The translations under genes and the position numbers were made by a program. From the NCBI GenBank assembly GCA_037481835.1, contig JBBFKW010000006.1, positions 96,001 through 160,000 on the forward strand: a DNA stretch of 64,000 nucleotides, written 5' to 3'. The number at the start of each line of letters is the position of its first letter. Within the stretch, counting starts at the first letter, position 1. The notes beneath the pieces are model-generated. The model was not told the DNA's origin. It did no database searches and was given only the letters and a program-made list of their open reading frames with translations. The stretch comes from Desulfosoma sp. (GTDB lineage: Bacteria > Desulfobacterota > Syntrophobacteria > Syntrophobacterales > DSM-9756). This document shows positions 49,171 to 59,633 of the stretch, one piece after another.

Positions 49171-49203
49171 TATGCCCTGCATGAATCCGCCGGCCGCGCT
49201 GCC

Positions 49204-52167
49204 ATGAAACGGTTTGTCAAAAAGTTGCTCACCCAGGACTGGAAAACGGCTCGAGTGGTCCACCACGCCGTTTTGGAAGCCCGGGAGGCCCAATACGGCG
49301 CCCCTGCGCGCCCGATTCCGGATCCCATCCGGCAGGCGCTGCGCTTCCTGGGCATTGAGCGCTTGTACAGCCACCAAGTTGAGGCCCTGGATTACCTTCG
49401 AAACGGCCGACACGTGGTGGTGGCGACGCCCACAGCCAGCGGCAAGTCCCTCATCTACAACGTGGCCGTCACGGAAACCCTGCTTGAAGCCCCGAAGACC
49501 CATGCCCTGTATCTCTTTCCCATCAAGGCCTTGAGCCGCGATCAGCACGAGGCCCTGCAGGCTTTCTTCCAGGCCGTTTCCCCCGACCGGCCTTTGACGG
49601 CGGCCGTCTACGACGGCGACACGTCGTCCCACCACCGAGCCGTCATCCGGAAAAAGCCGCCCCACGTGCTCGTGACCAATCCCGACATGCTCCACTACGC
49701 CCTGCTTCCCTATCACGCCAAATGGGAATCCTTTTTCCGAGGGTTGCGCCATGTGGTCGTGGACGAACTCCATACCTATCGAGGCATCTTCGGAAGCCAC
49801 GTGGCCCAGATTCTTCGGCGGCTGCTGCGCGTAACGGCCCTGTACGGGTCCCGGCCGCGGTTTGTTTTTCTTTCCGCCACTATCGGCAATCCGGGGGAAC
49901 TGGCCCGAAAGCTCATCGATCAGCCCGTGGAAACCGTAACCCAGTCAGGGTCTCCCCAGGCCCCTCGCCATTTCCTCTTTATGGAATCGGAAGGCCCCCT
50001 GGCGGGCCTGGCGGCTCGCATCACCCAGACGGCCGTGCGCTCGGGCCTCAAGACCATCGTCTTCACCCAATCCCGGCGCATGACGGAACTGGTGCACATG
50101 AGCCTTACGAGGGCGGCGCCGGATTTGGCGTCCAAGGTCAGTTCGTACCGAGCCGGCTTCCTTCCGTCGGAACGCCGCACGATCGAGCAGGGTTTGGCCG
50201 AAGGGCGCATCGCCGCGGTCATTTCCACAAGCGCCCTGGAAATGGGGATCGACATCGGCGGCTTGGATGTGTGCGTCCTCGTGGGATACCCCGGTACGGT
50301 CATGACCACATGGCAGCGGGGCGGACGCGTGGGCCGAAGCGGTCGGGAAAGCGCGGTGATCCTCATCCCCCAGCCGGATGCTCTGGACCAATACATCGTG
50401 CGCCACCCGGAAACGTTCCTCCAAGGATCCTGTGAAACGGCCGTCACCGATCCGGACAATTCAACCATCGTCGCCGAGCACTTGCCGTGTGCGGCCGCCG
50501 AAATCCCTCTCGACGCCGCCGAAATGAGCGAGTGGTCGCAGACCCGGCGTCAGGCCCTCACTTCAGCCACAGACCAAGGGACCCTCATTCGATCGGAAGA
50601 CGGCCGCCGGTGGTTCTCCGCCGCATCCTACCCGCACCGCAGCGTGGACATTCGAAGTGTGGGCCCGTCCTTCACGATCCTGGGGCCGGACCCGCAGGAC
50701 AGGAACCGCTGGGTTCCCATCGGCACGACGGACGGGGTGCGCGCTTTCAAGGAATGCCATCCGGGAGCGGTCTATCTTCACCGCGGAAGGACTTTTGTGG
50801 TGCACACCCTGGATATGGAAAAGCGCCTCGCCCGGGCTGTGCCGCAAGACGCCGAATATTTCACGTGGGTCAAGAGCGAAAAAGAGACGGAAATTCTGGA
50901 AATCCAGGCGTCCAAGCCGTGCAACGCCTTCATCGCGCGCATGGGACGGCTTCGCGTTCGGGAACGCATCACGGGCTACGAGAAAAAGCGCCTCTTCACC
51001 CAGGAACTGCTGGACTTCACCCCCCTGGATCTTCCCGAACAGGTCTTTGAAACCCAGGGCTTTTGGGTGGAAATCGAAGACGCCGTGGTGGAAAAGATCC
51101 GCCGGGCGGGCCTTCATTACATGGGCGGCATCCACGCCATGGAGCACGCCGCCATCAGCATGTTTCCCCTTTTCGCCCTGTGCGATCGAAACGACATCGG
51201 CGGCATTTCCATCCCACTGCATCCGCAGCTGGGAAAAAGCGCCGTCTTCATCTACGACGGCTATCCCGAAGGGATCGGCTTGGCCGCCCGGGGCTACGAT
51301 ATCGTGGAGCCGCTCCTGGAACGAACCATGGAACTCATCGAAAGCTGCCCGTGCGATGCAGGCTGCCCCGGATGTATCCATTCACCCAAGTGCGGTGCGG
51401 GAAACACGCCCCTGGACAAACAGGCGGCTCTGGAAGTGCTGCGATACCTGCTGGGTCGAAAACCCTTGGGAATGGCGGGGGCGCTGAACGCCGAACCGGA
51501 CGAACCCCGGGGCGTGCCGGGCCCGGAACCGCCCGCCGCCGCCAAGGACCCGGCCATCGGGTTTTTTGATTTGGAAACCCAGAAGTTGGCCCAGGATGTG
51601 GGCGGCTGGGACAACAAGCACCTCATGCGCGTCTCCGTCGCGGTCCTTTACGACCACCCCCGCGGCGTCTTCGAAGTCTACCGGGAAGAGGACGTCCCGG
51701 CCCTCATCGAAAGGCTGCACGGCTTCGACCTTGTGGTGGGTTTCAACGTCACCCAGTTCGACTATGCGGTGCTCCAAGCCTACACGCCCAAACCCCTGCG
51801 GAACCTACCCACGTTCGACCTTTTGGAAAACATCCGCCGCCAGCTCGGGTTTCGGCTGAGCCTCGACCATCTGGGCGAAAAAACCCTGGGCCGCAAGAAA
51901 ACCGCCGACGGCGTCCAAGCCGTCCAGTGGTTCCACCAAGGACGCTGGGACCTCTTGACCCAATACTGCCGAGAGGATGTGGCCTTGACCCGAGACCTCT
52001 TTTTCCATGCCTTGGAAAAAGGCTATCTTCTCTATGAAGATCGGTCGGGAAACCGGCTGAGGCTCCCCACCCCGTGGCGCCTGGAAACGATCCTCGAAAC
52101 GTGCGGCCGAAAGAAAAACGACGGCGGAAACGCCATGCATCGGATGGGGCGCGTGTCGAGGGCCTAA
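49204..52167 (+). CDS. DEAD/DEAH helicase with DUF1998 Zn domain (MrfA/Hrq1-like) fused to a DEDD exonuclease (MrfB/RNase_H_2-like)
   Basis: TPTASGKS, VVDELH, QRGGRVGR, CPCDAGCPGC; tail FFDLETQ..GFNVTQFD..YCREDV. Confidence 0.88.
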   Translation: MKRFVKKLLTQDWKTARVVHHAVLEAREAQYGAPARPIPDPIRQALRFLGIERLYSHQVEALDYLRNGRHVVVATPTASGKSLIYNVAVTETLLEAPKTHALYLFPIKALSRDQHEALQAFFQAVSPDRPLTAAVYDGDTSSHHRAVIRKKPPHVLVTNPDMLHYALLPYHAKWESFFRGLRHVVVDELHTYRGIFGSHVAQILRRLLRVTALYGSRPRFVFLSATIGNPGELARKLIDQPVETVTQSGSPQAPRHFLFMESEGPLAGLAARITQTAVRSGLKTIVFTQSRRMTELVHMSLTRAAPDLASKVSSYRAGFLPSERRTIEQGLAEGRIAAVISTSALEMGIDIGGLDVCVLVGYPGTVMTTWQRGGRVGRSGRESAVILIPQPDALDQYIVRHPETFLQGSCETAVTDPDNSTIVAEHLPCAAAEIPLDAAEMSEWSQTRRQALTSATDQGTLIRSEDGRRWFSAASYPHRSVDIRSVGPSFTILGPDPQDRNRWVPIGTTDGVRAFKECHPGAVYLHRGRTFVVHTLDMEKRLARAVPQDAEYFTWVKSEKETEILEIQASKPCNAFIARMGRLRVRERITGYEKKRLFTQELLDFTPLDLPEQVFETQGFWVEIEDAVVEKIRRAGLHYMGGIHAMEHAAISMFPLFALCDRNDIGGISIPLHPQLGKSAVFIYDGYPEGIGLAARGYDIVEPLLERTMELIESCPCDAGCPGCIHSPKCGAGNTPLDKQAALEVLRYLLGRKPLGMAGALNAEPDEPRGVPGPEPPAAAKDPAIGFFDLETQKLAQDVGGWDNKHLMRVSVAVLYDHPRGVFEVYREEDVPALIERLHGFDLVVGFNVTQFDYAVLQAYTPKPLRNLPTFDLLENIRRQLGFRLSLDHLGEKTLGRKKTADGVQAVQWFHQGRWDLLTQYCREDVALTRDLFFHALEKGYLLYEDRSGNRLRLPTPWRLETILETCGRKKNDGGNAMHRMGRVSRA

Positions 52168-52312
52168 AGCGTCGGGACATTTTGGCCGATGGAGGATGTG
52201 AGAGGCGACGCAGGCTCCGGAGGGCAAAAAAGGCAACCTTCCAGGGGCCGGGCGCGTGACCGAGCATGGGAAAGGCCCTACCCGTTCATTCGCCGTTACG
52301 AGGGAAAGAAGG

Positions 52313-52927
52313 ATGATGATCACGGAAAAGATGGATGGTTCCATCAAGAATGCGTCCCCGCTCGCGGCGGTTCCTGAGCAGGCGGGGCTGCTTTCCGCGG
52401 AAGACGTTCCAGGCTGGTATGCCCTTTACGTTCAGGTGAACCACGAAAAGAAGGTGGCGGATCAGCTCCGGAAGAAAAACATCGACCATTTCCTGTCGCT
52501 CATGAACACGTGGAGCAAAAGGCGGGATCGGCGACTGCGGATCCAAGTGCCCCTTTTTCCGGGATACGTGTTCGTCCATGCCGCCTTGGACAACACGGTC
52601 CACGTGGAAATCCTCAAGATTCCCGGGAGCGTCTACATTGTCCGAAGCAGCCGAGGACCGGCGCCCATTCCGGACTACCAGGTGGAAAGCCTGCGGAGGG
52701 TCCTGGAAAAAGCGGATTCGCTCACGTTGCATCCTTACATGGCCGAAGGGGATTGGGTGGAAGTCGTGCGCGGCCCCTTTGCCGGGTGCGTGGGCATACT
52801 CCGACGGCTCGATCCCAAAAAAGGCACGCTGATCATCAGCATTGACGTCATCCGCCAGGCGGCCAGCGTGCAGTTGGCCGTCGAGGACGTGGTGCGGATC
52901 GACGGCCCTCCCGTTTTACGCCGTTAA
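52313..52927 (+). CDS. NusG paralogue (UpxY/LoaP/RfaH-like antiterminator)
   Basis: WYALYVQVNHEKKV..PLFPGYVFV, KOW motif GDWVEVVRGPFAG; start uncertain. Confidence 0.88.
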   Translation: MMITEKMDGSIKNASPLAAVPEQAGLLSAEDVPGWYALYVQVNHEKKVADQLRKKNIDHFLSLMNTWSKRRDRRLRIQVPLFPGYVFVHAALDNTVHVEILKIPGSVYIVRSSRGPAPIPDYQVESLRRVLEKADSLTLHPYMAEGDWVEVVRGPFAGCVGILRRLDPKKGTLIISIDVIRQAASVQLAVEDVVRIDGPPVLRR

Positions 52928-54172
52928 GCTTTCCATGCCGAAGAGGTGCACGGTCACCTCCGTTGCGGCTTCATAACCTTCCACGTGTTCGGGAACGATG
53001 ACGTAGCCGTCGGCCTGAGACAGGCTGCTGATCATGGCCGATCCCCCGAAAACCGGGTCGGCCCACACCGTGCCGCCTTCTTCCAAAAGCCGGACTCGGA
53101 TGTAGTCCGCTCGACCGTGGACGGACGGCATATTACGCCGAAGCATCGCACGGCACGTATGGGCTTTGGGCCGAAGTGCCGGGTCCACCCCCTGGAGCCG
53201 AAGCAGGCTCGGACGCACAAACGCCGTGAAAACAATCATGGCCGAAGCGGGCTGTCCGGGAAGGCCCCAGAGGATCTTTGATCCGATGCGCGCCAAAATG
53301 GTGGGTTTTCCCGGGCGGATGGCCACGCCGTGCACCAGAAGCTCCGATCCGCCGAGACGGTCCAGCACCTGGACCGTGTAGTCCCGCGCTCCAACGGAAC
53401 TGCCTCCCGAAAGGAGCACGACGTCGTGGCCTGCAAGCGCCTGACGGCACTGGGCGGCGAGCGCTTCCAAATCGTCCGGCACGACCCGCCTTAAACCCGG
53501 AATCCCTCCCGCTTCCCGCACCTGGGCCGCCAGGACGAACGTGTTGATGTCTCGGATTTTTCCCACGGGAACGGGAGCCGTTTCCGGAGAGACGATTTCG
53601 TCCCCCGTGGAAAGAATCGCTACGCGAGGCGGACGAAAAACGGGAACGGATCGCAGCCCCACGGCCGCAAGCACCCCGACGTCCTGGCTGCGCAGCGGCC
53701 AACCCGCCCGGAAAAGCGGGCTTCCTCGAGCGATATCGTCCCCCGGTTCCAAGATATTGTCACCTGGAGCCACGGGGCGGGTCACTTCGATGGTCCCGTC
53801 GCCCACATCCTGGGTGTATTCCACCATGACCACGGCGTCCGCCCCTTCGGGAATGGCCCCTCCCGTGGGCACGATGACGGCATCCCCCGGCCCGACCGCG
53901 GTTTCAGCCGGTTTTCCCATGAACACTTCGCCCACAACACGGAGCAGGGCCGGCAACGATTCCGTGGCGCCGAAGGTGTCTCGAGCCCGCACGGCATAGC
54001 CGTCCATGACGGCACGGCGGAAATGAGGCACCTCGTCCGCCGCGTGGATGTCCCGAGCCACGACCCTCCCTGCGGCTTCTTCCAAAGAGACGGTTTCTTC
54101 CCCCAGCGGGCCGATGCGGTCCACGAGGGCCAAAACCTCTTCGGCCGTCTTCACCTTGAGAAATTCCGGCAT
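52916..54172 (-). CDS. moeA: Molybdopterin molybdotransferase
   Basis: MDGYAV, TGGAIPEGADAVVMVE, STGDEI, SGGSSVG, RPGKP, LPGQP. Confidence 0.95.
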   Translation of the reverse strand: MPEFLKVKTAEEVLALVDRIGPLGEETVSLEEAAGRVVARDIHAADEVPHFRRAVMDGYAVRARDTFGATESLPALLRVVGEVFMGKPAETAVGPGDAVIVPTGGAIPEGADAVVMVEYTQDVGDGTIEVTRPVAPGDNILEPGDDIARGSPLFRAGWPLRSQDVGVLAAVGLRSVPVFRPPRVAILSTGDEIVSPETAPVPVGKIRDINTFVLAAQVREAGGIPGLRRVVPDDLEALAAQCRQALAGHDVVLLSGGSSVGARDYTVQVLDRLGGSELLVHGVAIRPGKPTILARIGSKILWGLPGQPASAMIVFTAFVRPSLLRLQGVDPALRPKAHTCRAMLRRNMPSVHGRADYIRVRLLEEGGTVWADPVFGGSAMISSLSQADGYVIVPEHVEGYEAATEVTVHLFGMESLTA

Positions 54173-54293
54173 GAACGTCTCCTTCGATGCGTTCCTCTCC
54201 CCCATCCGTTGACCCGAAAGGGTCCCCGTGCGAAGATTCTTGTAGCGGACGGCGGGCGCCGGGGCAAGAAGGCCGCGCACACAAGGGGGGAAC

Positions 54294-54653
54294 ATGGTGG
54301 CTCAGGGACGAAAGCTCCTCGTCCACTGCAAGGTGTGGGTGGAAGATGAAACCGGGGAACTCATCTTCGGCGCCGGCCGGCTTCGCATTTTGGAAGCCGT
54401 GGAACGGTCGGGATCCATCGTGGGGGCGGCCAAGGAACTGGGAATGAGTTATTCGGCGGTTTGGGGGAAAATCCACGCCACGGAACAGCGCCTGGGCCGG
54501 CCTATCCTGGAAAAGAAAATCGGAGGGCCCAGAGGCGGAGGATCGGTCCTTACGCCCTTTGCCAAGGAACTGCTGGAACGCTTCCGCACCCTGGAAGACC
54601 GAACCCAACAAGCCGCGGAAGCCATCTTCGAAGACGTCTTCCACGACCCCTAA
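54294..54653 (+). CDS. modE: ModE-family HTH regulator (DNA-binding domain only)
   Basis: FGAGRLRILEAVERSGSIVGAAKELGMSYSAVW..GGPRGGGSVLT; no molybdate-binding TOBE domains. Confidence 0.85.
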   Translation: MVAQGRKLLVHCKVWVEDETGELIFGAGRLRILEAVERSGSIVGAAKELGMSYSAVWGKIHATEQRLGRPILEKKIGGPRGGGSVLTPFAKELLERFRTLEDRTQQAAEAIFEDVFHDP

Positions 54654-54690
54654 CGTCGGTTGGGGTTCGCTTCGCTCACCCCAACCTACG
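54654..54690 (-). repeat. GTAG-type REP-like palindrome between convergent modE and sucD
   Basis: Minus strand CGTAGGTTGGGGTGAGCGAAGCGAACCCCAACCGACG. Confidence 0.65.
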
Positions 54691-54753
54691 GGTTTGAATA
54701 AGGATTTTAGTTGTGGGAGGCTGCACAGGAGTGGCCTCCGCCCGTCCCGTCCC

Positions 54754-55632
54754 TTACAACACGGACGCGAAGGCGTCCTTGCAGACGGCTCCCAACTCGC
54801 CCAGGTTTTCCACCACGGTGATTCCCGCCTGCTTCATGGCCTGGATTTTTCCCTGGGCCGTGCCGCTGGATCCGCTGATAATGGCTCCCGCATGGCCCAT
54901 GCGCCGACCGGGAGGGGCCGTGAGGCCCGCGACGAATCCCACCACGGGTTTGGTCATGTTCCGGGCGATGAACTCCGCCGCTTCCTCTTCCGCGGAGCCG
55001 CCGATTTCCCCCACCATGACCACGGCCTTGGTTTCCGGATCGTCCTGGAAGGCCTTCAAACAGTCGATAAAATTCGTGCCGTTTACGGGGTCTCCACCGA
55101 TCCCCACGCAGGTGCTCTGCCCGATGCCTTGCAAGGTGAGCTGGTGCACCACTTCGTAGGTCAAGGTGCCCGAGCGGGACACCACGCCCACGGAACCCGG
55201 TTTGTGGATGGGACCGGGCATGATCCCCACCTTGCATTGGCCCGGGGTGATGATGCCCGGGCAGTTGGGGCCGATGAGGCGCGAAGACGACCCTTTAAGG
55301 GCGTTTTTTACCTTGAGCATGTCCATGACGGGAATGCCTTCCGTGATGGTGACGATGACACGCACGCCGGCGTCCATGGCCTCCAGAATGGCATCCGCGG
55401 CGAAAGGCGGCGGCACGAAAATCATGGAACAGTCGGCTCCCGTCGCCCGCACGGCCTCTTCCACGGTGTTGAACACCGGGATGTCATCCATGGTCTGCCC
55501 GCCTTTTCCCGGCGTGACGCCCGCCACCACGCGCGTGCCGTAAGCCACGCACTGCCTCGTGTGGAACTGCCCTTCCCGACCGGTGATTCCCTGAACAAGG
55601 ACTCGTGTCTGCGCATTCACCCAGATGCTCAT
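54754..55632 (-). CDS. sucD: Succinyl-CoA synthetase alpha subunit
   Basis: [28 protein letters not shown]. Confidence 0.97.
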   Translation of the reverse strand: MSIWVNAQTRVLVQGITGREGQFHTRQCVAYGTRVVAGVTPGKGGQTMDDIPVFNTVEEAVRATGADCSMIFVPPPFAADAILEAMDAGVRVIVTITEGIPVMDMLKVKNALKGSSSRLIGPNCPGIITPGQCKVGIMPGPIHKPGSVGVVSRSGTLTYEVVHQLTLQGIGQSTCVGIGGDPVNGTNFIDCLKAFQDDPETKAVVMVGEIGGSAEEEAAEFIARNMTKPVVGFVAGLTAPPGRRMGHAGAIISGSSGTAQGKIQAMKQAGITVVENLGELGAVCKDAFASVL

Positions 55633-55643
55633 GGTGTTTCCTC

Positions 55644-56807
55644 CTACGCCTTGGCGATGGCCGCCACTTTGTGGGCCGCGTCTTTGAGGTCCTGTGCCAC
55701 GATGAGGTTCAAGCCCGATTCCTGCAGGATTTTCCGTCCTTGTTCCACGTTCGTCCCTTCCATGCGGATGACCACGGGGACTTTCACGCCCACTTTGCGG
55801 CTGGCTTCCACCACGCCCTGGGCCAGCACGTCGCAGCGGAGGATCCCGCCGAAAATGTTGATGAGCACCCCCTTGACGTTGGGGTCGCTCAAGATGATCC
55901 GGAAACCGTTTTCCACCATCTCCGCGCTGGCACCGCCCCCCACGTCCAGGAAGTTGGCCGGTTCGGCTCCCGCCAGCTTGATGATGTCCATGGTGGCCAT
56001 GGCCAAGCCGGCGCCGTTGACCATGTTGCCGATGTTGCCGTCCATCTTGATGTAGTTCAGGTTGTATTTGGACGCTTCCACTTCCAGCGGGTCCTCTTCG
56101 TCCAGGTCGCGATAGGCGAGCACGTCCTTGTGGCGGAACAGGGCGTTGTCGTCGAAGTTCATCTTGGCGTCCAAGGCGAGAAGGCGCCGATCCTTGGTGA
56201 TCACCAGGGGGTTGATTTCCACCAGGGAGGCGTCATAGTCCAGGCACAGCCGATACAGGGCGTGAACCATGGGCAGGAACAACTTGACGATGTCGGCATC
56301 CAGGTTCAGCCCGTAGGCGAGTTTTCGGGCCATGAACGGCTGCAGCCCGACGAGCGGGTCCACGTAGACCTTGACGATCTTTTCCGGCGTTTTGGCCGCC
56401 ACTTCTTCGATGTCCATGCCGCCCGCCTCGCTCGCCATGAACACGATTTTCGCCGTGGATCGGTCCGGCAGGAGGCTCAGGTAGAGCTCCTTTTCGATGT
56501 CCAGCCCCTCTTCCACAAGCACCTTGCGCACCAGCCGCCCTTCCGGCCCCGTCTGGTGGGTGACCAGGGTCATGCCGAGGATGCTTCCGGCGACGGAAGC
56601 CACCTCGTCGGCCGTCTTGGCCAGTTTTACGCCGCCGCCCTTGCCTCGGCCGCCCGCATGGATCTGGGCCTTGATCACCACAGGCAGCGTGCCCAGATCC
56701 CGGGCCGCCGCTTGCGCTTCTTCCACCGTAAAGGCCACCCGGCCCCTGGGGATGGGGACACCGTACTTCTGAAAGAGCTCCTTCGCTTGGTATTCGTGGA
56801 TCTTCAT
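55644..56807 (-). CDS. sucC: Succinyl-CoA synthetase beta subunit
   Basis: [37 protein letters not shown]. Confidence 0.97.
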   Translation of the reverse strand: MKIHEYQAKELFQKYGVPIPRGRVAFTVEEAQAAARDLGTLPVVIKAQIHAGGRGKGGGVKLAKTADEVASVAGSILGMTLVTHQTGPEGRLVRKVLVEEGLDIEKELYLSLLPDRSTAKIVFMASEAGGMDIEEVAAKTPEKIVKVYVDPLVGLQPFMARKLAYGLNLDADIVKLFLPMVHALYRLCLDYDASLVEINPLVITKDRRLLALDAKMNFDDNALFRHKDVLAYRDLDEEDPLEVEASKYNLNYIKMDGNIGNMVNGAGLAMATMDIIKLAGAEPANFLDVGGGASAEMVENGFRIILSDPNVKGVLINIFGGILRCDVLAQGVVEASRKVGVKVPVVIRMEGTNVEQGRKILQESGLNLIVAQDLKDAAHKVAAIAKA

Positions 56808-57099
56808 GGCCACCCTCTCTCGTTGATCATCCGTCGCACCACACGCCGTTTCCCAATGAAAAGTCGTTTGAAGCGCCACGCGAAAAGCCCCGCCGGGCCC
56901 TTTCCGCTGCCCTCTTTCTAGATGAAAAGTTTCGCAAAGTCAAAAACCCATGCATCCCTTACGGCTTGACATTTTGGGGATCGCGATTCTGGATTCACGT
57001 TTGCCCTCATCGGTGTTAAAAGGAGCGGGTGTGAACCTGCCCGAATGGGGGGGGGGACGCTCCCGACCTGTGCAACCGATTGTGCTGCGAGGCGCCGAC

Positions 57100-58533
57100 A
57101 TGGAATGGGAAACCGTCATCGGACTGGAAGTGCATGCGCAACTCCTTACGGAAAGCAAAATTTTCTGCGGCTGTTCCACCGCCTTCGGGGCCGCCCCCAA
57201 CACGCACACGTGCCCCGTGTGCCTGGGCATGCCGGGGGTGCTGCCCGTCCTGAACCGCACCGTCGTCGAATACGCCATGAAAATGGCTTTGGCCACCCAC
57301 TGCCGCATTGCGTCCCGGTGCCGATTCGCCCGCAAGAATTACTTCTATCCGGACCTTCCGAAAAATTACCAGATTTCCCAATACGAGGAACCGCTGGCTA
57401 CGGGAGGCTGGATCGACATCGAAACGGACGCCGGAACACGCCGGATCGGCATCACCCGCATCCACATGGAAGAGGACGCGGGAAAGCTCATCCACGACGA
57501 GACCCAGCCGGTGAGCTACGTGGATTTCAATCGCACGGGCGTGCCGCTCATCGAAATCGTGAGCGAACCCGACATCCGGACTCCGGAAGAAGCCGCCGCT
57601 TATCTCCGGACGCTGCGGGACATCCTGCGCTACCTGGGCGTCTGCGACGGCAACATGGAAGAAGGGAGTTTCCGCTGCGACGCCAACATCAGCCTTCGGC
57701 CTGTGGGCAGCACGGCTTTCGGCGTCAAGACGGAACTCAAGAACATGAATTCCTTCCGAAACGTGCAACGCGCCCTGGAATTCGAAGTGCGCCGCCAGCG
57801 CGCCCTGCTCGACAAAGGGGAAGCCGTCGTCCAGGAAACGCGCCTGTGGGATGCGGGCCGGGGAGTGACGGTGAGCATGCGGGGCAAGGAAGAAGCCCAC
57901 GATTACCGCTATTTTCCCGACCCCGATCTGGTCCCGCTGGTCATCGATTCGGAATGGATCGAGTCCGTCCGCAGAAGCCTTCCCGAACTTCCCGACGCCA
58001 AGCGGGAACGCTTCATGGCCCAATACGAACTGCCGGCCTACGATGCGGCGGTGCTCACCGCATCCAAAGACGTGGCCGACTATTTTGAAGCGGTCCTGGC
58101 GGACTTTCCCCAGCCCAAGACGGTGAGCAACTGGATCATGAGCGAACTGATGCGGGAACTCAAACGGGACGAACGCGATATCGACGCCTGCCCCGTGCCG
58201 CCCAAGCACCTGGCCGAACTGCTGCAGCTCATGGAAAAGAACGTCATCAGCGGAAAACTGGCCAAGTCGGTTTTCAAGGACATGTACGAAACGGGGGCGG
58301 CCCCGTCCCGGATCGTGGAAGAAAAGGGCCTCCGCCAGGTGACCGACGAAGGGGCTTTGGCGGCCGTGATCGACCAGGTGCTTGAGGAAAACCCCAAGGA
58401 AGTGGACGCCTATCGACAGGGCAAAGAAAAATTGATGGGTTTTTTTGTCGGCCAGGTCATGCAGAAAACCCGGGGCAAGGCCAATCCCCAGCTTGTCAAT
58501 CGCATCCTGAAAGAAAAGCTTTCCACATCTTAG
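57100..58533 (+). CDS. gatB: Asp/Glu-tRNA amidotransferase subunit B
   Basis: [45 protein letters not shown]. Confidence 0.98.
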   Translation: MEWETVIGLEVHAQLLTESKIFCGCSTAFGAAPNTHTCPVCLGMPGVLPVLNRTVVEYAMKMALATHCRIASRCRFARKNYFYPDLPKNYQISQYEEPLATGGWIDIETDAGTRRIGITRIHMEEDAGKLIHDETQPVSYVDFNRTGVPLIEIVSEPDIRTPEEAAAYLRTLRDILRYLGVCDGNMEEGSFRCDANISLRPVGSTAFGVKTELKNMNSFRNVQRALEFEVRRQRALLDKGEAVVQETRLWDAGRGVTVSMRGKEEAHDYRYFPDPDLVPLVIDSEWIESVRRSLPELPDAKRERFMAQYELPAYDAAVLTASKDVADYFEAVLADFPQPKTVSNWIMSELMRELKRDERDIDACPVPPKHLAELLQLMEKNVISGKLAKSVFKDMYETGAAPSRIVEEKGLRQVTDEGALAAVIDQVLEENPKEVDAYRQGKEKLMGFFVGQVMQKTRGKANPQLVNRILKEKLSTS

Positions 58534-58553
58534 TGAATTAAAGGAGCGCCCCC

Positions 58554-59615
58554 ATGTCCGGATCATCCCTTCGGCCCATATGGTGGGACGGCGACGCCGT
58601 CATGATCGTCGATCAGAGGTTGTTGCCGCACAAGCACAAGGTTCTGCGGTGCACCACTCCCGACGAAGTCATCCGGGCCATCAAGACCATGGCCATCCGC
58701 GGCGCGCCCGCCGTGGGGATCGCCGGAGCCATGGCCGCGGCTCTGGGGGCTCGAACCGTCACGGCCGCCGACGTGGCCACCTTCCGGCGAAAATTCACGC
58801 ACCTGTGCGAACGCATCCGCTCCGCCCGCCCCACGGGGAACAATTTGAGCTGGGCCGTGGATGCGGTCTTCGCCGTGGTCATCGAAAACCCAGGAGCCGA
58901 CGTGCCCGAGCTGCAGCGGCTCATCCGCCGAAAATCGGAAGAAATCCTCGCGGAAGACATCCGCACCAACGAGGCCATTGGGCGGTGGGGGGCGGAAATC
59001 GTGCCCAAAGGGGCGCGGATCCTGACCTACTGCAACGCGGGGGCTCTGGCCACCGGGGACTACGGAACCGCCTTGGGAGTGGTGCGCGCCGCTTTCGCCG
59101 CGGACCCGTCCATCCACGTGACCTGCTGTGAAACCCGCCCGTTCCTTCAAGGAAGCCGCCTGACGGCCTACGAACTCATGACGGAAAAGATCCCCTGCAC
59201 CCTGATTACGGACAACGCCGCGGGAAGCCTCATGCAGCAGCGGAAAATCGACCTCGTGATCGTGGGAGCGGACCGGATCGCCGCCAACGGGGATACGGCC
59301 AACAAAATCGGGACTTACACCCTGGCCGTGCTCGCCCAGGCCCACGGCATTCCTTTTTTCGTCGCGGCGCCCCGATCCACCATCGACCCCAGGCTCCCCA
59401 ACGGAGCCGGCATCCCCATCGAACAGAGGGATCCCCGGGAAGTGACCCATTTTTACGGCCGGCTTGTGGCACCCCGGGGCATGGCGGCCGCAAACCCGGC
59501 CTTCGACGTCACCCCTCACCGGCTTATCACGGGGATCGTCACTGAAGTCGGGGTCATCCGAAAGCCTTTCACCCGAGGCATCCGAAGGGCCCTGGAGGCG
59601 CCGCCGCCGGCATGA
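58554..59615 (+). CDS. mtnA: S-methyl-5-thioribose-1-phosphate isomerase
   Basis: DQRLLP, IRGAPAVG, ARPT, CNAGALAT, ETRPFLQG, NKIGTY. Confidence 0.93.
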   Translation: MSGSSLRPIWWDGDAVMIVDQRLLPHKHKVLRCTTPDEVIRAIKTMAIRGAPAVGIAGAMAAALGARTVTAADVATFRRKFTHLCERIRSARPTGNNLSWAVDAVFAVVIENPGADVPELQRLIRRKSEEILAEDIRTNEAIGRWGAEIVPKGARILTYCNAGALATGDYGTALGVVRAAFAADPSIHVTCCETRPFLQGSRLTAYELMTEKIPCTLITDNAAGSLMQQRKIDLVIVGADRIAANGDTANKIGTYTLAVLAQAHGIPFFVAAPRSTIDPRLPNGAGIPIEQRDPREVTHFYGRLVAPRGMAAANPAFDVTPHRLITGIVTEVGVIRKPFTRGIRRALEAPPPA

Positions 59616-59633
59616 CGAAAAAGCCACGCACCC

